From NCBI GenBank assembly GCA_965219575.1, contig OZ244779.1, positions 1,420,769-1,484,768 on the forward strand: a stretch of 64,000 bases of DNA, read 5' to 3'. Positions within the stretch are counted from its first letter, which is position 1, and every line of letters begins with the position of its first letter. Of this stretch, positions 58,949-64,000 are shown one piece after another. This DNA is from Candidatus Oxydemutatoraceae bacterium (GTDB lineage: Bacteria; Pseudomonadota; Gammaproteobacteria; Poriferisulfidales; Oxydemutatoraceae). A program made the position numbers and the translations under genes. Below the pieces are notes generated by a model. It was not told the origin of the DNA, did not search any database, and saw only the letters and a program-made list of their open reading frames with translations.

Positions 58949-59914
58949 ATGAGAGTATCACTAAGCGAAGAGCAGGTGATTGCTCGTTACTTCGACAAGT
59001 ATCAATCCGACCCGTATGTTACTTCGGGTATAGGCGACGATGCTGCAGTTATCAATCTATCGGGTGCGCATTTGGTGGTGAGTACCGACACACTCGTCGA
59101 AGGTACCCATTTTAAGGTGAATAGCGATGCAAGCCGGCTGGGGCATAAAGCGTTGGCAGTCAATCTGAGCGATCTAGCGGCGATGGGAGCTAGACCGCGC
59201 TGGGCTTTGCTTGCGTTGACGATACCGAATGCCGATTCGGGTTGGCTGGAGGATTTTAGCGATGGTTTTTTTCGCTTGGCAAACCGACACGGTGTCAGTT
59301 TAATCGGAGGTGATACGACGCGTGGGCCGTTGACGATAACCGTTCAATTAATCGGTACCTTAGACGAGGCGCAGGGTCTATACCGCAATACCGCGCAGGT
59401 CGGCGACGGTATCTATGTGACCGGTCGGATTGCAGAGACCGCACTGATAATGCTACATGAAGATACTCTGAAAGCATATCCGCAAAGCCATATTCAATGC
59501 TTAAAACGAATGCAACAACCTACTCCCAGAGTGCCGGAAGGTCTTCTGCTGGCTTGCCATGCGACGGCGGCGATCGATATATCGGACGGCCTATTCAAAG
59601 ATCTATCACGCATCCTGTCGGCTAGCGGCGTGGGTGCCGGGGTAGATGTGGACGATATACCGACGATACCCGAGATTGAGCAGTGCTGTTCTACTTTAGA
59701 ATCACTTCTTAATGCATTGAGTTACGGAGAAGATTATGAATTATTATTCACCTTAAATGACACACGCTTTGACGCACTTAAGCCGGCATTCGGTGAATTG
59801 GGAACACCCATTACCCGCATAGGCACTATTGAAAAGGAACAGGGTTTGCGATGTTATCGGCACTCAAAACCCGTTGAATTACCGCAATGTTTGGGTTATG
59901 ACCATTTTGTCTGA
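58949..59914 (+). CDS. thiL: Thiamine-monophosphate kinase
   Basis: GIGDDAA, NLSDLAAMGA, GGDT, DISDGL and GEDYELLF motifs. Confidence 0.96.
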   Translation: MRVSLSEEQVIARYFDKYQSDPYVTSGIGDDAAVINLSGAHLVVSTDTLVEGTHFKVNSDASRLGHKALAVNLSDLAAMGARPRWALLALTIPNADSGWLEDFSDGFFRLANRHGVSLIGGDTTRGPLTITVQLIGTLDEAQGLYRNTAQVGDGIYVTGRIAETALIMLHEDTLKAYPQSHIQCLKRMQQPTPRVPEGLLLACHATAAIDISDGLFKDLSRILSASGVGAGVDVDDIPTIPEIEQCCSTLESLLNALSYGEDYELLFTLNDTRFDALKPAFGELGTPITRIGTIEKEQGLRCYRHSKPVELPQCLGYDHFV

Positions 59915-60422
59915 ACAGCAGTCGGCACAACCGAATTGGAGGTGGCTGATCAATCCGATACATTGCCTATCATTAGGCTTGGGATGCGGCTTGTCGCCGC
60001 TGGCACCCGGCACGGTAGGAACCTTACTGGGTGTAGCAATCTATTTACTGATTATGGATGTCGGTGTATTGTTCTATTTATCGATCGTACTCGTAATAAT
60101 CGGCATCGCAACGGCGGTTGCCGAATATACCAGCGAAGCCTTGGGTGGAGTAGATCATCGCGCCATTGTCATTGACGAAATCGCAGGTTTTTTGATAGCA
60201 TGCATCAGCTTACCGGCGGATTGGATCTATTTGCTGTTAGCCTTTGTATTATTCCGCATTTTCGATATAGCGAAGCCGTGGCCGATTGATTTCATAGACC
60301 GGCGAATCGGGGGTGGAGTCGGAATTATCGGCGATGATTTAATGGCAGGATTGTATACACTGCTTTGTATTCAGTTATTAGCCCTTATAATATCCGTTGT
60401 TAATATATACCTTGCCACCTAA
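59898..60422 (+). CDS. pgpA: Phosphatidylglycerophosphatase A
   Basis: APGTVGTL, IVIDEIAG, FRIFDIAKPWPI and DDLMAG motifs. Confidence 0.94.
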   Translation: MTILSEQQSAQPNWRWLINPIHCLSLGLGCGLSPLAPGTVGTLLGVAIYLLIMDVGVLFYLSIVLVIIGIATAVAEYTSEALGGVDHRAIVIDEIAGFLIACISLPADWIYLLLAFVLFRIFDIAKPWPIDFIDRRIGGGVGIIGDDLMAGLYTLLCIQLLALIISVVNIYLAT

Positions 60423-60467
60423 TCTCTGCATGGTTACCATGACGGATGAATAAATAATTATAGTAAT

Positions 60468-60677
60468 GGAACTGTTGAAAAAGTACTGTTTTTGCACAAC
60501 TGCAACCGCTTGCGCCATGAATATTTGCAAACCACCTGTAGGGGCGGACTAGCATGTCCGCCCGTAACGCGTTGTGCCTACACGATTTATACATTCATCC
60601 ATCCAATTTATGGAAACCAAAACCAAATGGCGCAAGTGATTGGATTCGTACGATGCTCGCACTTTTTCAACAGCTTC
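60468..60677. mobile_element. MITE family A copy A11
   Basis: ggaactgttgaaaaag...ctttttcaacagcttc. Carries an intact IS110 target at 60550-60563. Confidence 0.8.
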
Positions 60678-60707
60678 TAAGGGTCTGCATAGTTGCAGTG
60701 CCGGTCT

Positions 60708-60748
60708 ATTCCCTTCCTGTGGAGGGGTGGCAGGCGAAGCCGGGTGGT
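60708..60748 (+). repeat. Family-B repeat (degenerate)
   Basis: attcccttcctgtggaggggtggcaggcgaagccgggtggt. Confidence 0.7.
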
Positions 60749-60812
60749 CATCATAAAAAGTGAGTAAATTAGATATTGTAATAATGGGTCTATTTAGAAG
60801 ATATTTCATACT

Positions 60813-62207
60813 ATGAACGTGCGCACACGCTTTGCCCCAAGCCCCACCGGAACACTCCATATAGGCAATGTTCGCACCGCATTATTTGCATGGCTTTATG
60901 CACGCAGACATCAAGGACAATTCATTCTCCGTATTGAAGATACCGACCGCGAACGTTCCACCGAAGAGTCGGCACAAAATATCCTCACCGAACTTGACTG
61001 GCTAGGATTGAACTACGACGAGGGACCTTATTTTCAAAGCACGCGACACGCACACTATAAAGCAGCTGCCGAGCGATTGCTCGACGAGGGCAAGGCATAT
61101 TATTGCTACTGCACCAAAGAAGAACTAGCCGAGCGCGCCGCAGGCTTTTCCGATAAAGGTTTTGCCGCCTGGGGCTACGACGGGAAATGTCGTAATCGCA
61201 CCGAACCGCGTCCGGGCGTAGAACCTACGATACGCATCAAAACACCGGATACCGGCACCACCGGCTTCGATGACTGCGTGCATGGTCATACCGAAATTGA
61301 AAATGAACATCTAAGTGATATCGTTATTATGCGCGCCGACGGTACGCCGACTTATAATTTTGCGGTTGTAGTGGACGATACCGACATGCGAATAACCCAT
61401 GTACTGCGCGGCGACGACCACTTGCATAATACCTTCCAGCAAATCAATCTGCTTAATCACTTGAACGCAACGATACCGACTTATGCACATTTGCCGATGG
61501 TATTGCGAGAAGACGGGCATCGCCTTTCCAAGCGCGACCGTGCGGCAGGCATCGTCAACTATAGAGAGCAAGGCTATTTACCGCATGCACTGCTAAATTA
61601 TCTGGTGAGATTAGGTTGGTCCAAAGGCGATCAGGAAATCTTTAGTATGGAGGAACTGATAACGCATTTTGATTTGCCGGCAATCCATAAATCCTCCGCC
61701 GCATTGAATACCGAAAAACTGGATTGGCTCAACGCACACTATCTCTGCGAGATGCCGATTTCCGAACTTGGTCGGACGATAGAAAATCTTTTAATTGCGC
61801 AGGGCGTACGCATAAAACAAACACCACCATTCGCCGATATTGTTATGGAGATGCGATCTCGCTATAAGACGCTGTCTACACTTGCCGAAGGATTACTCTT
61901 TATCTATAAAACACCCGATTACGATACCGAGACCGCAAAGCAATATCAAGATCCGAATACCGTGGAGTTGTTAAAGGCATTGCTGGAACATATTCGGACA
62001 ATTGAAGATTGGGATGCAGAAACACTGAAAGCGGCATTATCCGATTTCAGTAGTGCGCGTGGCATCAAAATGGGGATGATCGGTAAGCCGGTGCGCTATG
62101 TGCTAACCGCCGGCGCACCCAGCCCGGCATTGGGACATGTGATGCTGTGGATCGGCAAAGAAGAGTGTCTAGCCAGAATGACTCATTTTATCGGAAACCA
62201 TCGGTAG
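60813..62207 (+). CDS. gltX: Glutamate--tRNA ligase
   Basis: RTRFAPSPTG, HIGN, LRIEDTD and RLSKR motifs plus an anticodon-binding domain. Confidence 0.96.
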   Translation: MNVRTRFAPSPTGTLHIGNVRTALFAWLYARRHQGQFILRIEDTDRERSTEESAQNILTELDWLGLNYDEGPYFQSTRHAHYKAAAERLLDEGKAYYCYCTKEELAERAAGFSDKGFAAWGYDGKCRNRTEPRPGVEPTIRIKTPDTGTTGFDDCVHGHTEIENEHLSDIVIMRADGTPTYNFAVVVDDTDMRITHVLRGDDHLHNTFQQINLLNHLNATIPTYAHLPMVLREDGHRLSKRDRAAGIVNYREQGYLPHALLNYLVRLGWSKGDQEIFSMEELITHFDLPAIHKSSAALNTEKLDWLNAHYLCEMPISELGRTIENLLIAQGVRIKQTPPFADIVMEMRSRYKTLSTLAEGLLFIYKTPDYDTETAKQYQDPNTVELLKALLEHIRTIEDWDAETLKAALSDFSSARGIKMGMIGKPVRYVLTAGAPSPALGHVMLWIGKEECLARMTHFIGNHR

Positions 62208-62216
62208 GAGTAGTCC

Positions 62217-62600
62217 ATTCCCCTCCTTTGGAGGAGTGGCAGGCGCAATAGAACCGCCGATTAAGCCAGTAGATTAATCGGCGTGACATTGTGCAGAACC
62301 TTGATACATACTACAAAATGTAAAACCTTTCCATGGGGTGGTTATCTCGTTGGGCTGTTGAAAAAGTATCCACGAACTATAAGACGGTACATTCCCCTCC
62401 TTTGGAGGGGTGGCAGGCGCAGCCTGACGGGGTGGTTATCTCGTGGAGCTGTTGAAAAAGTATCCACGAACTATAAGACGGTACATTCCCCTCCTTTGGA
62501 GGGGTGGCAGGCGCAGCCTGACGGGGTGGTCGCTGCGTATCTGCACTAGTTAATTCCTCTCCTTTGAAGGGTTGATAAGTGTAGCCTGGCGGGTTGGTTC
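62217..62600 (+). repeat. Array of family-B units with a family-C insert (62247-62334) and two orphan MITE-A left TIRs (94-bp period)
   Basis: B cores at 62217, 62391, 62485 and ~62552. ctgttgaaaaagtatccacgaactataagacggtac occurs twice. Confidence 0.8.
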
Positions 62601-62680
62601 ACAACCGCCTGCACCACCTGATTACGCAAAACATTTATAACTTAAATCGTAGTCTTACAAACACATCATTCTATCGTTGG

Positions 62681-63460
62681 CTACGACGCTTTTTTTATCG
62701 TAACAAAAATAAAATTTTCCTCAATACGAAAATCAGCCGGCGGATTACCGTTATTTTCCAATGCCTTACGAACCTTAACTAGACCTTCCCCAGATTTTTT
62801 TATAAAACCTATATTCTTCATCATTTCGGAAATCGTAGGGTTGCGGTAACTTTTAATATATCCGTTACCGAAATTCTCTTTGGTTACCTCGCCATAAACA
62901 CCTCCCGGACCACTAATCTCAATCTTATCGGTAAACCAGTAGGCTCGTACGGGTGTGTAACTTTGATAGTTTCTGTGGATGACTGCGTTGCGGACAAGTT
63001 CCCGCAATGCTTGATAGGGATAATCCGGCGACTCAATATGAGTAGTTCCACCGGTATCGAGTGAAACAGATATATTTGCTTTCAAAATATTATCTAATTG
63101 GCGTAGTTGGTCGGGTAGGGTGCCTTTAATTTCTTGGTGATTTTTGATTGGATCTGTGACTTTGTTCCCCTCAAAGCGGACAAACTGGATATAGGCACCG
63201 GGAAACCAATAACGAGTGTCCTTGCCCAACATCAAAATTGCCGTAATCGTGGGTCTATTCTCTGGTGTAAGTAAACGCAACGATTGCATTTGTTCTTCCG
63301 GATTATGTTTGTTTTCCTTTAATACTTCGGGTGATACAGCATAAGGCAGGTATCCTTGTGTGAACCTTTGCATGTCAATATCATCTATAGATGCATCCGG
63401 TACTCCGTGCATATCGTGCGGTAATTGCCCCCAGCGTCGCTTTTCGGTATCGTTCAACAT
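62681..63460 (-). CDS. ATP-binding protein (RecG C-terminal/HATPase_c_4-like), apparently lacking the usual N-terminal AlbA-like domain
   Basis: YPYQALRELVRNAVIHRNY, IEISGPGG, YRNPTI and KSGEG motifs. Confidence 0.72.
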   Translation of the reverse strand: MLNDTEKRRWGQLPHDMHGVPDASIDDIDMQRFTQGYLPYAVSPEVLKENKHNPEEQMQSLRLLTPENRPTITAILMLGKDTRYWFPGAYIQFVRFEGNKVTDPIKNHQEIKGTLPDQLRQLDNILKANISVSLDTGGTTHIESPDYPYQALRELVRNAVIHRNYQSYTPVRAYWFTDKIEISGPGGVYGEVTKENFGNGYIKSYRNPTISEMMKNIGFIKKSGEGLVKVRKALENNGNPPADFRIEENFIFVTIKKAS

Positions 63461-63512
63461 ATAGCTATTCTCAATATAAACAAGATTTTATCAACGATAC
63501 ATTATGCAGTTT

Positions 63513-63998
63513 TTAACCTAGTATGTGCGGAGAACCTAAAAAAGCGACAGCGGATTGACCTTGGACTGCTTCTTGTAGCAGTGCTTCGGAATGACTTGCA
63601 GAGATGATTTGGGAATTTTGTTGTTCTGCGACTTCGTTTATACGATTGTATATTTGCTTTTGACGCAAAATTTCTAGATGTGCATCGGGTTCGTCCAGAA
63701 GGAAGACCGTATCGGTTTGGCTATCGTATAGATACGCCAATAACAATAATACTTGCTGCATACCACGACCGGATGAGGCTAGATCTAATTTTGTATTACT
63801 GTCTTTGTCGGCATAACTCATGGTTATGGTGCCGCGAGATGGCACGAACTCCGGTGCATCAAGTTGCACACCGAATAAATCCTTTATATGTTCTACTAAA
63901 GACTGCCACTTCTCTTGGTTTTTGTCTTCATAAACTTTATAGCATAAATTTCGTAAGACTTCAGCAGTTTGTCCTTGCCCCAATAAAACATTGATACG
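63513..63998 (-). CDS. AAA_21/ABC-type ATPase, 5'-partial (runs off the window), possibly C-terminally truncated
   Basis: SSGRGMQQ signature, LLDEPDAHL Walker B and ASHS H-loop. Frame is open to the window end. Confidence 0.78.
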   Translation of the reverse strand, partial: RINVLLGQGQTAEVLRNLCYKVYEDKNQEKWQSLVEHIKDLFGVQLDAPEFVPSRGTITMSYADKDSNTKLDLASSGRGMQQVLLLLAYLYDSQTDTVFLLDEPDAHLEILRQKQIYNRINEVAEQQNSQIISASHSEALLQEAVQGQSAVAFLGSPHILG

Positions 63999-64000
63999 TC

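Noticed and set aside
62247-62290. GAACCGCCG resembling group IIC intron domain V
   Set aside because: The stem is a perfect 10-bp hairpin without the DV bulge or GNRA loop, and there is no domain VI or RT gene.
62217-62600. Possible CRISPR array
   Set aside because: The linkers are near-identical rather than unique, the ~46-bp repeat is dispersed across the window, and no cas genes are present.

Overview
A 64-kb chromosomal segment, most likely from a gammaproteobacterium. The TPR, GLUG/cadherin-like and Rpn expansions suggest a host-associated lifestyle (inference). Housekeeping blocks are a peptide ABC transporter, yafS-like methyltransferase-rnhA, dnaQ, yccA, accA-tilS-pyrG-kdsA-eno-ribB-ribH-nusB-thiL-pgpA and gltX. 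A ~17-kb accessory/defence island splits rnhA from dnaQ. It holds an Rpn nuclease plus orphan C-terminal cassettes, an IS110, a TPR gene, TcmP+DUF5131, a type I R-M system with an embedded PD-(D/E)XK-like gene, a pentapeptide protein and DUF488. A 3299-aa modular secreted protein converges on a MotA/ExbB + two ExbD-vWA + PEGA/FGE + lipoprotein cluster. The best-supported discovery is a complete IS110 element with a CA core. It forms a sigma70 promoter at its circle junction, and its bridge-RNA guides can be read against its own target and donor sites. It sits at the centre of a REP-like palindrome inside a TIR-bounded MITE, and those MITEs sit at a near-fixed distance from a TCTGCA motif belonging to a second repeat family. 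A third repeat family carries a covarying hairpin. No rRNA, tRNA or CRISPR array was recognised. All coordinates were counted by eye.
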